In this document: positions 46,680-55,582 of the stretch, one piece after another
Numbering within the stretch: position 1 is the stretch's first letter
Layout: every line of letters begins with the position of its first letter
From: Polyangiaceae bacterium
GTDB taxonomy: Bacteria > Myxococcota_A > Polyangia > Polyangiales > Polyangiaceae
DNA length: 64,000 nucleotides
Direction of reading: 5' to 3'
Assembly: GCA_044222475.1 (NCBI GenBank)
Contig: JBGANF010000021.1
Location: forward strand, 1 to 64,000
Notes under the pieces: model-generated
Seen by the model: the letters and a program-made list of their open reading frames with translations, nothing else
Told to the model about the DNA's origin: nothing
The model's database searches: none
Program-made: the position numbers and the translations under genes

Positions 46680-48044
46680 TCAGCGCATGGTTTGCACATT
46701 GTTTCGAGGCGGTTCCGCCGCGATCAGCTTGGTCTTTCCCATCGCGGTTTTCGGGATTTCGCCCACCCGCTCGACGGCGATCCGCGGCGGCTGCGCGCGA
46801 GCCGCGACCAACGCCTCGCGAACGGCCGCCGTGAGCTTGGCGTCATCGACCGAGGGCCCCGCCTGCGCGAGGAGCACGCGAATGCCGCTCTGCCCATGCA
46901 CGACCTGCCACGCGCGAGCGTCGACCGACTCGAGGACGGAGTGGAACACGTTCGGCCGCACGTCCACGGTTCCACCGCGACCGTCGGGCATCCTCAACGT
47001 GTCCTCCTGTCGCCCTTGGACAGCTGCGAGGAGCGCGAATGGCCGGCCACAAGAGCACGTGACGTCGGAGAGGGCGACGCTGTCGCTCATCTCGTAGCGA
47101 ATGAGCGGCTGGGTGCGCGAGAAGAGCACGGTGACGAGCACCTTCGCGCCGAACGCCCCGACCGGCACTGGCTGATTGCGTTCATCGACGACCTCGGTGA
47201 TGACGAGGTCCTCGTATAGATGCATCGCGTGTCGCTCGCAGTGCGAAGCGACGCCCGCAGGTTCGGTCGCCGCGTAGACGTTGAAGGGCCGGCTGCCGAA
47301 CGCTCGCTCGATTCGGGCCGCGCTTTCGTCGGTCAGCACCTCCGACGCGCTCATGACCGCTTTGGGCGCGATCACCAGGCGGCGCGCGAGCTGTTCCTCG
47401 GCGAGCTCGCGCATCATCGACGCGTAGCCGACGAGCGACTCGGGCTGGAACTCGTTCAGCGCTGCGACGATTCGATCGAGCGGCTCTGTCGAGTCGAGGC
47501 GCAGCGTCGACACGACCCTACTCTCGAGCGACGCTGCGACGAGGGCGGATTGGTGCCAGGGCGTGCGCGAGCTCACGACCGCGATCTTCGCGCGGTGGGT
47601 CAATCCGGCCGCGATTCCGGCCCAATCGTTGGCCCGCGCGTACGACGCGAGGACCCAGCTCCACTCGTCGGGGTCCGCGAGGAACAGCCCGCGAAGTCCG
47701 GTCGTGCCCGACGTCGCGGCGACGCGGTAACGCTCGAGAAAGGGCGCCCCCGGACTCGCCGCGAGGTGGGCCTCGACTCGAGCTCGCGTGACGGCCCGGT
47801 CGGTGACGAACGCGTCGAAGCTCTCCATCAACATCGCCTTGGTGACGACCGGCAGCTCGTGCAGTGGACGCCGCTCGAGACCGCGGTGGAGCGCGGCCAA
47901 GAACGGAGAGCGGGCGACGGCGTAGTCGCGGAGGTCACGCAGTGCGGCGGCTTGATGCGCTTCGAGCTCTCGCCGAGACCAGCGGTCGCGACGCCTCAGA
48001 GTCGCACGACGTCGGAGAATCTGAATCAGGGTTCGGGCGTCCAC
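46680..48044 (-). CDS. Phenylacetate-CoA ligase (PaaK)-family protein
   Basis: 'ATSGTTG', 'YAATE', 'QPLIRYEMSD', 'GRQED', 'GKTK'; GTG start at 48044. Confidence 0.85.
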   Translation of the reverse strand: MDARTLIQILRRRATLRRRDRWSRRELEAHQAAALRDLRDYAVARSPFLAALHRGLERRPLHELPVVTKAMLMESFDAFVTDRAVTRARVEAHLAASPGAPFLERYRVAATSGTTGLRGLFLADPDEWSWVLASYARANDWAGIAAGLTHRAKIAVVSSRTPWHQSALVAASLESRVVSTLRLDSTEPLDRIVAALNEFQPESLVGYASMMRELAEEQLARRLVIAPKAVMSASEVLTDESAARIERAFGSRPFNVYAATEPAGVASHCERHAMHLYEDLVITEVVDERNQPVPVGAFGAKVLVTVLFSRTQPLIRYEMSDSVALSDVTCSCGRPFALLAAVQGRQEDTLRMPDGRGGTVDVRPNVFHSVLESVDARAWQVVHGQSGIRVLLAQAGPSVDDAKLTAAVREALVAARAQPPRIAVERVGEIPKTAMGKTKLIAAEPPRNNVQTMR

Positions 48045-48067
48045 GTCGCGTCCTCTGGCCCAGCGAA

Positions 48068-48083
48068 AGCGATTGTCGTGCCA
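48068..48083 (-). promoter_or_regulatory. Putative sigma54 (-24/-12) promoter
   Basis: Minus strand TGGCACGACAATCGCT (GG-N10-GC) upstream of the PaaK-like gene. Confidence 0.6.
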
Positions 48084-48115
48084 GTCGGGCAACGGCATGG
48101 CTGCAGAAACGGTCT

Positions 48116-48131
48116 TGGTGCGCACCTTGCA
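48116..48131 (+). promoter_or_regulatory. Putative sigma54 (-24/-12) promoter
   Basis: TGGTGCGCACCTTGCA (GG-N10-GC) upstream of the P2A ATPase. Confidence 0.55.
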
Positions 48132-48158
48132 CCACGTCTCGTCGTGTGGACGGGAGAC

Positions 48159-50882
48159 GTGAGCAAGGCCGAACGCCCCCATGCCAAGAGCGGCGATGCC
48201 GTCGTCGCCGAGCTGGGCGTGGACGCGGAGAAGGGACTCTCGAACGCCGAGATCACCAAAGTGCGCGCCATCGCCGGGCCGAACGCGCTCCCGCCTCCGA
48301 AGCGCGCGCCGCTCTGGCGTCGAATCGTGTCTCAGATCTCGAGCCCCATCGTGCTCACGCTTCTGGGGGCGGCCGTGATCACCGTCGTCGTGGGAGCGAA
48401 GGGCCCATCCGAAGACGGGGTCTTTGCCCGATACGGGGACGCGATCGCGATTCTCCTGATCGTGCTGCTCAACGCCGTTCTCGGGTTGGTGCAGGAGTCG
48501 AAGGCCGAGTCGGCGGTGAGCGCGCTCGGGAAGCTCTCGGTCCCGCGCGCCCGCGTGCGGCGCGAGGGGCGTACCCTCACGGTCTCGGCGGAGGAGCTCG
48601 TACCGGGAGACCTCTTGGAGCTCGAGGCGGGCGACGCCATTCCCGCGGACGCACGACTCCTCGAAACGACGGAGCTGCAGGTCGAGGAAGCCTCGCTCAC
48701 CGGTGAGAGTCTGCCAGTCAAGAAGAACGCGACGTCCGTCTTCGCCGATGAGACACCGCTCGCCGATCGTCTGAACATGCTCTTTCTCGGCACTGCGGCG
48801 GTTGCTGGGCGCGCCACCGCCGTGGTCACCGCGACCGGCGCCCGAACGGAGCTCGGTCGCATCGGCACGCTCATCACGTCCGCAACCCAGGAGACGACGC
48901 CGCTCGAGGCACTGCTCGAGAAGTTCGGACGGCGCGTCCTGGTCGTGTGTCTGGCCCTGTCGCTCGTTCTCTTTCTCTGGGGGCTCGCTCGTCCGCGGGT
49001 GTTCCCTGGTTCGTTGGCGGAGCCTTGGCCCGTCCTCTTGCTCGCGGCGGTCAGCCTGGCCGTGGCCGCGATCCCCGAAGGGCTTCCCGCGATCACGACG
49101 ATCACGCTCGCCCTCGGGACGCAGCGGCTCGCGAGGCGCGGAGCCATCGTCCGCCACTTGCCGGCCGTCGAGACACTGGGCGCAGCCACCTTCATCTGCA
49201 CCGACAAGACGGGGACGCTCACCCAGAACGTCATGATGGCGCGGGCCGTGTGGACGCCCGATGGCAGCTACGTCGTGGAAGGAGACGGGTACGCGCCCGA
49301 GGGCTCGGTGCACCCCGCCGAGTCGACGCCCGACGCTCCTGCGCTCGCGCCCGAGCTGCTCATCGGCGCGCTGGTCTGCAACCACGCGGCTCTCGAACGA
49401 GAAGCCCACGCCTGGCGCCCAGTGGGGGATCCGACCGAGGCGGCGCTGATCGCGCTCGCGGCGCGCGGCGGTCTCTCGACGGAGGAGGTTCGCAGTCAGC
49501 ATCCCATCGTTCAGGAGATCCCTTTCGAGAGCGCGCGCCGGCGGATGACGGTCGTCACCGAGGCGGACGGCAAGCGCTTCGCGTGGATGAAAGGAGCGTT
49601 CGACGTCGTCCTCGATCACTGCGCGACGGTCGCGCGTACCGCGGGCCCCGCGGTGCTCACGCCAGAGCTTCGCGCAGCGGTCGAGGCCGGCGCCGAGCAG
49701 CTGGCGCAGAGCGGTCTCCGGGTCCTCGCCGTTGCGCATCGCGCGGATCCCGAGGAAGACGTCGAGGCGGGCCTCACGTTTCTCGGCCTCGTCGGGCTCA
49801 TGGACCCACCTCGCGCCGGCGTGAACGAGGCGATCGTGTCGTGTCAGCGCGCCGGCATCGCCGTGGCCATGATCACGGGCGATCACCCGACGACGGCGAC
49901 GGCGATCGCAAAGGAAATCGGCCTCTTTCGAGCCGGCGACGTGACCATGACCGGCGCGGAGATCGACGCGCTGTCCGACGACGCGCTCTGGGCGCGTGTG
50001 AAACCCGTACGCGTCTTCGCGCGGACGAGCCCGGAGCAGAAGCTTCGCCTCGTGCGAGCCTTCAAAGCACTGGGGCACGTCGTCGCGATGACGGGCGACG
50101 GAGTCAACGACGCGCCGGCGCTGCGCGAGGCGCACATCGGCGTGGCCATGGGACGGGGCGGCACCGAGGTCGCGCGACAGGCCGCCGACATGGTGCTCGC
50201 CGATGACGACTTCTCGACCATCGTGCACGCCATCCGTGAGGGGCGGATCATCTATCGCAACATCCAGAAATTCATCTTCTTCCTTCTCTCGGCGAACGCA
50301 GGGCTTTGTGGGGCCGTCTTTCTCGCGGCCATCATCGCCGACTGGCCTCCGTTCACGCCCCTCATGCTTCTCTGGATCAACCTGGTGACCAACGGGCTCC
50401 CTGCGCTCGCCCTCGGCATCGATCCAACCCACGAGGACGTGATGACGGCGGCGCCCCGCGCGCTTGGCCAGCCGCTCCTGCTGACCAAGGACTGGGTGGC
50501 CATCGGCGTGGTCGGCGTGGTGATGACGGTAACCAGTGCGCTCTTTCACGTGCACCCTTCGGCGCCGCCGGAGCTCATGCTGCGCGCCCGCGCGCTGGGA
50601 TTCACCTACCTCGCACTGGGCGCCCTTCTCCACGCGTACAGCTGCACGTCCGCAGGGTCGGTAGCCTTCCGGCTCGGCGTGTTCAAGCGACCGCTGACGA
50701 TCGCAATCATCGTGAGTGCGGCGGTCCACGCGGTCGCCGTGCTCGTTCCGCCGCTGAGGCCCGTCTTCAAGACCTACGCCTTGGATGGGCTCGACTTGGC
50801 CAAGCTTGCCGTAGCGTGTCTCGCGGTCGTCCCCGCGTTCGAGCTCTGGAAATGGTTCCAGAGGAGGCTTCAGCGCGCGTGA
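48159..50882 (+). CDS. P2A-type (Ca2+-like) cation-transporting ATPase
   Basis: 'TGES', 'IPEGLP', 'DKTGT', 'KGA', 'TGDGVND', 'LWINLVTNG'; GGGAG precedes GTG 48159. Confidence 0.92.
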   Translation: MSKAERPHAKSGDAVVAELGVDAEKGLSNAEITKVRAIAGPNALPPPKRAPLWRRIVSQISSPIVLTLLGAAVITVVVGAKGPSEDGVFARYGDAIAILLIVLLNAVLGLVQESKAESAVSALGKLSVPRARVRREGRTLTVSAEELVPGDLLELEAGDAIPADARLLETTELQVEEASLTGESLPVKKNATSVFADETPLADRLNMLFLGTAAVAGRATAVVTATGARTELGRIGTLITSATQETTPLEALLEKFGRRVLVVCLALSLVLFLWGLARPRVFPGSLAEPWPVLLLAAVSLAVAAIPEGLPAITTITLALGTQRLARRGAIVRHLPAVETLGAATFICTDKTGTLTQNVMMARAVWTPDGSYVVEGDGYAPEGSVHPAESTPDAPALAPELLIGALVCNHAALEREAHAWRPVGDPTEAALIALAARGGLSTEEVRSQHPIVQEIPFESARRRMTVVTEADGKRFAWMKGAFDVVLDHCATVARTAGPAVLTPELRAAVEAGAEQLAQSGLRVLAVAHRADPEEDVEAGLTFLGLVGLMDPPRAGVNEAIVSCQRAGIAVAMITGDHPTTATAIAKEIGLFRAGDVTMTGAEIDALSDDALWARVKPVRVFARTSPEQKLRLVRAFKALGHVVAMTGDGVNDAPALREAHIGVAMGRGGTEVARQAADMVLADDDFSTIVHAIREGRIIYRNIQKFIFFLLSANAGLCGAVFLAAIIADWPPFTPLMLLWINLVTNGLPALALGIDPTHEDVMTAAPRALGQPLLLTKDWVAIGVVGVVMTVTSALFHVHPSAPPELMLRARALGFTYLALGALLHAYSCTSAGSVAFRLGVFKRPLTIAIIVSAAVHAVAVLVPPLRPVFKTYALDGLDLAKLAVACLAVVPAFELWKWFQRRLQRA

Positions 50883-51562
50883 GGTGTCAGCGCGTCGGCT
50901 CGGCGAACGATCTCTTTGATGGCATCTTCGCCGTCGCCGCGGACGTCCACGCGAAAGCCCCCCGATGCGGACGCCACCGTGGCGCTCGCGCCCTTCACCG
51001 CGAGCGGGCAGAACGACATCTCATCCATCGCGAAGCCCATGGACGCGTTGCGGGTGAGATGGCACGACACGAGTCGCTGGAGGTACTCCGCCGTGAGACC
51101 CGGCACCGCGCGAAGAGTGATCGACGCGCCGTCGACGTGCTTCGTGGGACCCTTGGAAGACGTGATGGTCGAGACGAGTGGCTCCACGCCGACGACGTCG
51201 TCACGATGAGCGAACGGGCTCTCGTCGCGGTCGCTTGGACCGAGCCCGCCGCAGGCCTTCGCCTCGGCGTCACGAAGCGCCTGGGACGCCGCCCGATGGT
51301 CGTCTGCCATCTTACGATGCGCCTGGTCGGCTCCCGTGGTCCAGCACGCACCCGAGAGCGCCGGGTCAGCCTTTCCACCAGCACACCGCTCTCCACCATT
51401 CGCGTCCGCGGCCCGATCGTGGTCCGCCGCCGCGGCGGTGTGATCCTTGGCGCTCATGTCGAGAGGTTTCGCGCCCGGAGTCGCGGGGCTGCATCCCGAG
51501 CAGACGACTGCTAAGACGGCTGCGTGGAGGACGAGGAGAGAGCACTTCATTTCTCCGTGCAT
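50870..51562 (-). CDS. Hypothetical Cys/His-containing lipoprotein
   Basis: Lipobox 'CSGC'; alternative start at 51550. Confidence 0.65.
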   Translation of the reverse strand: MHGEMKCSLLVLHAAVLAVVCSGCSPATPGAKPLDMSAKDHTAAAADHDRAADANGGERCAGGKADPALSGACWTTGADQAHRKMADDHRAASQALRDAEAKACGGLGPSDRDESPFAHRDDVVGVEPLVSTITSSKGPTKHVDGASITLRAVPGLTAEYLQRLVSCHLTRNASMGFAMDEMSFCPLAVKGASATVASASGGFRVDVRGDGEDAIKEIVRRADALTPHAR

Positions 51563-51590
51563 AGCACCTTCCGTGCCCAGCTCGTCGTGC

Positions 51591-52562
51591 CTAGGTGGGC
51601 TGTGCGTGGTCAGCTCGTCTCGCCGCCTCGATTTGCTCGGTGAGATAGTCGACCACTCGCTCGAAGGGGTCGAAGCCGAACGCCTTGCCAATGGCCGGCC
51701 TCAAGTTCGAGTTCGCGTTGATGTCGTAGAAAACGAGCCGTCCGTCGTCGGTTTCGAGGTACTCGAGACCCGCGACGTCGAGCCCGCCCGCAACGACGAT
51801 CCGCTTCCCGGTCGCAACCGCTTCCAGCGGAACGTCTGCATACGGATGAAACTCGACCGGCGCCGTCGGGGCGCGCTCCGGGACCGCACACGCTCCCTCG
51901 CCGCTCTCGGGATTGCAGATCTCCGAGGGGCAAAGGTTGAAGGCCCCGTGAGACACGACCCTCATGGCGTAGAGCAGCTCTCCACCGACGAGCTCCATGC
52001 GGACGATGCCTCGAGAGGGGTCCGTCGGGAAGTACTCTTGAAGAACGAGTAACTGGTCGGGACGCCAGATGTCTGGGGTGACTGCGATGGTGCGTTCGAG
52101 CTCGTCGAACGACTCGAGCAGAAACATTCGTGCGCCGCTGCCACCCTGCTCCGGCTTCAACAGCGCCGGCCATTGGCTCCATCGATCGCGCACCGCGGCG
52201 ACGTCGTTGAACGCGAGCGACCTCGGATGGTCGACGCCGAGTTTCTTCAAGAGGCTCCCTTGGACGCTCTTGCTGAGCTCGAGCGCGAACGCTCGAGAGC
52301 CGTTCAGGACTCGTGCGCCCGCGATCTCGAGAGCGCGCATCAGCGACAACGCGAAAGGAACGGCCCGCGTGTTTCCGCGGAGGTATGCGCTGGGGCTCGC
52401 CTGGTTGAAGTAGAGCGGTGCGTCGGGGACGAGGTCGACGTCGAATGCAGCGTTCTTGAGGTCGAACGGAACGAACGCGACGCCGCGGCGCTCGAGGGCG
52501 GCGAACAGCGGCCGTTGCCACTCCGGATGCTCGTGGAGAACTACCAAATCGGGTCGGGCCAT
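51591..52562 (-). CDS. RimK/glutathione synthetase-like ATP-grasp protein
   Basis: 'LLKPEQGGSGA', 'LQEY', 'FYDINANSN'. Confidence 0.85.
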   Translation of the reverse strand: MARPDLVVLHEHPEWQRPLFAALERRGVAFVPFDLKNAAFDVDLVPDAPLYFNQASPSAYLRGNTRAVPFALSLMRALEIAGARVLNGSRAFALELSKSVQGSLLKKLGVDHPRSLAFNDVAAVRDRWSQWPALLKPEQGGSGARMFLLESFDELERTIAVTPDIWRPDQLLVLQEYFPTDPSRGIVRMELVGGELLYAMRVVSHGAFNLCPSEICNPESGEGACAVPERAPTAPVEFHPYADVPLEAVATGKRIVVAGGLDVAGLEYLETDDGRLVFYDINANSNLRPAIGKAFGFDPFERVVDYLTEQIEAARRADHAQPT

Positions 52563-52637
52563 GGGCCACACTTGCCCCGTTCCATCGTTTCGTTCAAGGC
52601 CTTCCTACGGAAGAACCCCGGATTGGGCTGGATCGTT

Positions 52638-52670
52638 TGAATACGGAGATCCGTATTCATCCGGTACGAT
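52638..52670 (+). promoter_or_regulatory. Operator-like palindrome plus -10 box
   Basis: TGAATACGGA-ga-TCCGTATTCA (52638-52659); TACGAT (52665-52670) lies 7 nt before ATG 52678. Confidence 0.7.
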
Positions 52671-52677
52671 GGTGACG

Positions 52678-53394
52678 ATGGCCGCCAAGAGGAACCCCGC
52701 CGCCCGCGCACGTCCGACCGCCCTCGTCCGCGCGCAACACGACGAGCCGCCGGTCAAGCTCACCACGAAGGAGCGCGCGCTCCTCGACGAGTGCCTTGCT
52801 CGCGGTCGAGGCTTCGTCCGCAAGACGGAGGCCGAGCTGATCGAGTTCGGCGCGTGGCTGCTCACCGAGGTGTTCCAAGGCGACGCGAGCGCAGCGCTCG
52901 ACGACAAGAGCACGAACCCGATCTGGATGGCGCTCCTGGATCGCGCAGGCGGACCGACCTTGGCCGTCTCGCGCAATGTCCTCTACGCGGCGTTGAAGGT
53001 GGCGGCCTACGACAAGAGGATCACAGCCCAGCCCTGGCAGGGGCTCGACGTGGCTCGAAAGACACTCTTGTTTCCGCTCGCGGATGACCACGCCATTCAG
53101 AAAGCAGCGAAGCACGTCACCGACTTCAGCCTGACGCAGTCGGCGACGCGGCAGTACGTCACCGCGCTGCTTCAGGACGAGGGGCGAGCTCGCCAGATTC
53201 GACTGACGCCGTCCGGTCTCGTGTCGCGGGTGAAGAAGCTTCGGGAAACTCTCGACACGCCCGCGATCGTCCGCCATGTGAGCGCGATGAGCCACGAGAT
53301 GAGCGCCAAGGAGCGAGCCGAAGTCGCGACGGAGCTCGCGCACTTGCGTGACGTACTCGGCCGTCTCTCGAAGGCAGTTCGCGGACCGGGATGA
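52678..53394 (+). CDS. Hypothetical all-helical protein, possibly DNA-binding (loose DUF1016_N-like pattern)
   Basis: 238-aa ORF with a basic N-terminus; ATGA overlap with the nuclease gene. The family resemblance was judged by eye only. Confidence 0.6.
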   Translation: MAAKRNPAARARPTALVRAQHDEPPVKLTTKERALLDECLARGRGFVRKTEAELIEFGAWLLTEVFQGDASAALDDKSTNPIWMALLDRAGGPTLAVSRNVLYAALKVAAYDKRITAQPWQGLDVARKTLLFPLADDHAIQKAAKHVTDFSLTQSATRQYVTALLQDEGRARQIRLTPSGLVSRVKKLRETLDTPAIVRHVSAMSHEMSAKERAEVATELAHLRDVLGRLSKAVRGPG

Positions 53395-54659
53395 GCCGTC
53401 TCGACACCCTCATCGAGCGCTGGCGCGAGGACCCGGGCGCCACCTACCGAAACTGGTTTCTCTGGGAGGAGCGACTCAAGAATTTTCGCTCCATCCGGCG
53501 TGGCATCGCAGTGGTGGTGTCGGCGATCGAAGCCGGCTCCTTCGGGACCGTCTACAAGGGATCCTCGCTCGAGACGGTGGTCGGATCCATCGCCGAGCAG
53601 CGGCAGATCTTCAAAGGCGCCGATCACGCCTTTCTGTGGAAGCCGAAGCTGCGGATCCCGGACATCTACGAAAATCGGGGGCATCAGGTCGCGTTCGCGC
53701 GATTCCTCGATACGTGCGCGTGCTGCACGACCGATGCGGCGCTCCTCGCAGCGATCCACGAGTTGAACGAGCGGAAGATCAAGGGGCTCGGTCCGGCGGC
53801 GGCGAATCTCCTCTACTTCCTGCACCCGACTCTCGCGCCGCCCTTCAACACCGCGATCGTCGCCGGCTACAACGCCCTCACTGGCTCGAAGGTCAAGCTC
53901 GGGCGCTGGGACGAGTACCTCGCGATGCGCGAAGGGATGCTCCGGATCAACGCGGCCCATCGCGCGCTCCTCTCGAACGATCTCGGAGCGGTGGCAGGGC
54001 TCGCGTTCGACGTAGGAAGCGGTCGCTTCACGGTGCCTCCCGCGACCGATGATCCGAATGCGATGAAGGCGTGGGAAGAGGATCTCGCCCGCGTCCGCGA
54101 AGCTGCGCGCACCGAAGAGAAGGCACGCGCCGCCCAGCGCGACGGCGATCGCAGCCACACCGAGATCCAGGGGTGGCTCCGCGATCTGGGCCACGCTCTC
54201 GGGTTCGACGTGTGGATCGCGGCGAATGATCGTAGCCGCAGCCTCGGCGCGGGCGCGCTTGGCGACGGGTGCCTCACCGAGCTCCCGCCGGCGATCGCGT
54301 CGCTTCCGGGCGCGGACTCCGTGCGCTTGATCGACGTTCTGTGGCTGAAGCGTGGTTCGGAGCAGGTGGAGGCCGCGTTCGAGGTCGAGCACACGACTTC
54401 GATCTACTCTGGCATCATGCGGATGCTCGACCTCGCTCTCGGTGGAACGGGCGAGCCCCTTCGAGGTCTGTTCCTCGTCGCACCCGACGGGCGTGAGCAC
54501 GAAGTTCGTGCGCAGCTACAGCGGCCCGCCTTCCGGCGCGTCGCGGACCTCGCCGTTCGTTACCTGCCCTACAGCGAGCTCGCGAAGCATCGAGAGGCAA
54601 TCGCCAGGTTCGGGCAGGGCTTGAAGCCGATCGAGGCGATCGCGCGGGTCCTCGTGTAG
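53391..54659 (+). CDS. Putative restriction-endonuclease-fold nuclease with an N-terminal HhH-like domain
   Basis: C-terminal 'HTEIQGWL...IDVLWL...AAFEVEHTTSIYSG' (PD-(D/E)xK variant, ExE); N-terminal 'KIKGLGPAAANLLYFLHP'. Confidence 0.7.
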   Translation: MSRLDTLIERWREDPGATYRNWFLWEERLKNFRSIRRGIAVVVSAIEAGSFGTVYKGSSLETVVGSIAEQRQIFKGADHAFLWKPKLRIPDIYENRGHQVAFARFLDTCACCTTDAALLAAIHELNERKIKGLGPAAANLLYFLHPTLAPPFNTAIVAGYNALTGSKVKLGRWDEYLAMREGMLRINAAHRALLSNDLGAVAGLAFDVGSGRFTVPPATDDPNAMKAWEEDLARVREAARTEEKARAAQRDGDRSHTEIQGWLRDLGHALGFDVWIAANDRSRSLGAGALGDGCLTELPPAIASLPGADSVRLIDVLWLKRGSEQVEAAFEVEHTTSIYSGIMRMLDLALGGTGEPLRGLFLVAPDGREHEVRAQLQRPAFRRVADLAVRYLPYSELAKHREAIARFGQGLKPIEAIARVLV

Positions 54660-54665
54660 CGCGGG

Positions 54666-54695
54666 TTGACTGGCACCTTTAAGGTGCCATACTCT
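54666..54695 (+). promoter_or_regulatory. mqsRA promoter with MqsA-type operator
   Basis: TTGACT (-35), palindrome TGGCACCTT-T-AAGGTGCCA (54671-54689, core ACCT-N3-AGGT), TACTCT (-10). Confidence 0.8.
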
Positions 54696-54704
54696 ACGGC
54701 GTGC

Positions 54705-55007
54705 GTGGAGAAGAAAAAGCCTCACTACAGCCTCGACACGATCAAGGCGACGTTCGTAACCGTCAAGGCTCTCCGGATCACGAAGAGCGCTACGACGTGC
54801 ACGGAGTCCCTGGGGCTCACGCTGGAGGTCGTCGTGACCATCATCCAGAGCATGACGAGAGAGCAGTTCTACAAATCGATGACGGCGTACGCAAACAACG
54901 CGATCTGGCAAGACGTCTACCACGTGCCCCACGGCGTCACCGTGCTCTACGTGAAGTTCACGACTGACGCCGAGGGCTATCTCGTCATCGGGTTCAAGGA
55001 GAAGTAG
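54705..55007 (+). CDS. mqsR: MqsR-family mRNA interferase toxin
   Basis: 'MEKKKPHY...FYKSMT....WQDVY...LYVKF...VIGFKEK'; GTG start at 54705. Confidence 0.92.
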   Translation: MEKKKPHYSLDTIKATFVTVKALRITKSATTCTESLGLTLEVVVTIIQSMTREQFYKSMTAYANNAIWQDVYHVPHGVTVLYVKFTTDAEGYLVIGFKEK

Positions 55008-55009
55008 CG

Positions 55010-55486
55010 ATGGGCAAGGAGATCAAGACGCAGCCGTGTCCCGAATGCGGTGGCACCATGCGGTACGAGAAGCACGACGACGTCATCGTCTACGAGGAAC
55101 GTTCGCGCACGATCAAGACGCTCGGATGGTGGTGCACGAAGTGTGACGAGGCCATCCTCACCGGTGAGCCGCTGGTCGCCCACGAGAGGGCGTTCCAGCA
55201 GCTCAAGGCCGAGGTCGAGGGCGTTCTTGGACCGAAAGAGGTCATCCGAGCTCGCGCGGCACTTGGGCTCAGCCAGCGCAAAGCCGGAGAGATCCTCGGC
55301 GGTGGACCACGTGCATTTCAGAAGTACGAGTCGGGTAAACAGGCATTGAGCGTTGCGATGAGTCACTTGCTTCGCTTGCTGGCGAGTGATCCGTCACGTC
55401 TTCGCGAGATCCATGGTCCAGCGAAGACGAAGGTCTCTTCGCGCGCACGGCCGAAGCGCGCTGAGCGGGCCGTTTCGAAAGGGTAA
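55010..55486 (+). CDS. mqsA: MqsA-family antitoxin (zinc ribbon plus XRE HTH)
   Basis: 'CPECG...CTKCDE', 'LSQRKAGEILGGGPRAFQKYESG'. Confidence 0.92.
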   Translation: MGKEIKTQPCPECGGTMRYEKHDDVIVYEERSRTIKTLGWWCTKCDEAILTGEPLVAHERAFQQLKAEVEGVLGPKEVIRARAALGLSQRKAGEILGGGPRAFQKYESGKQALSVAMSHLLRLLASDPSRLREIHGPAKTKVSSRARPKRAERAVSKG

Positions 55487-55582
55487 CCCGCGGGGTCACT
55501 CGTGCATGCTCGGTGCGCGAGCTAGCCTGAATGAATCGGTGGCCGCGACGGTCACGCAACGACGCTCAGCGAGTACCCAAAG

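Noticed and set aside
46680..50729. Apparent 1349-aa ORF, and the reciprocal 47220..50882 extension
   Set aside because: These are antisense shadows of two divergent genes, common in high-GC DNA.
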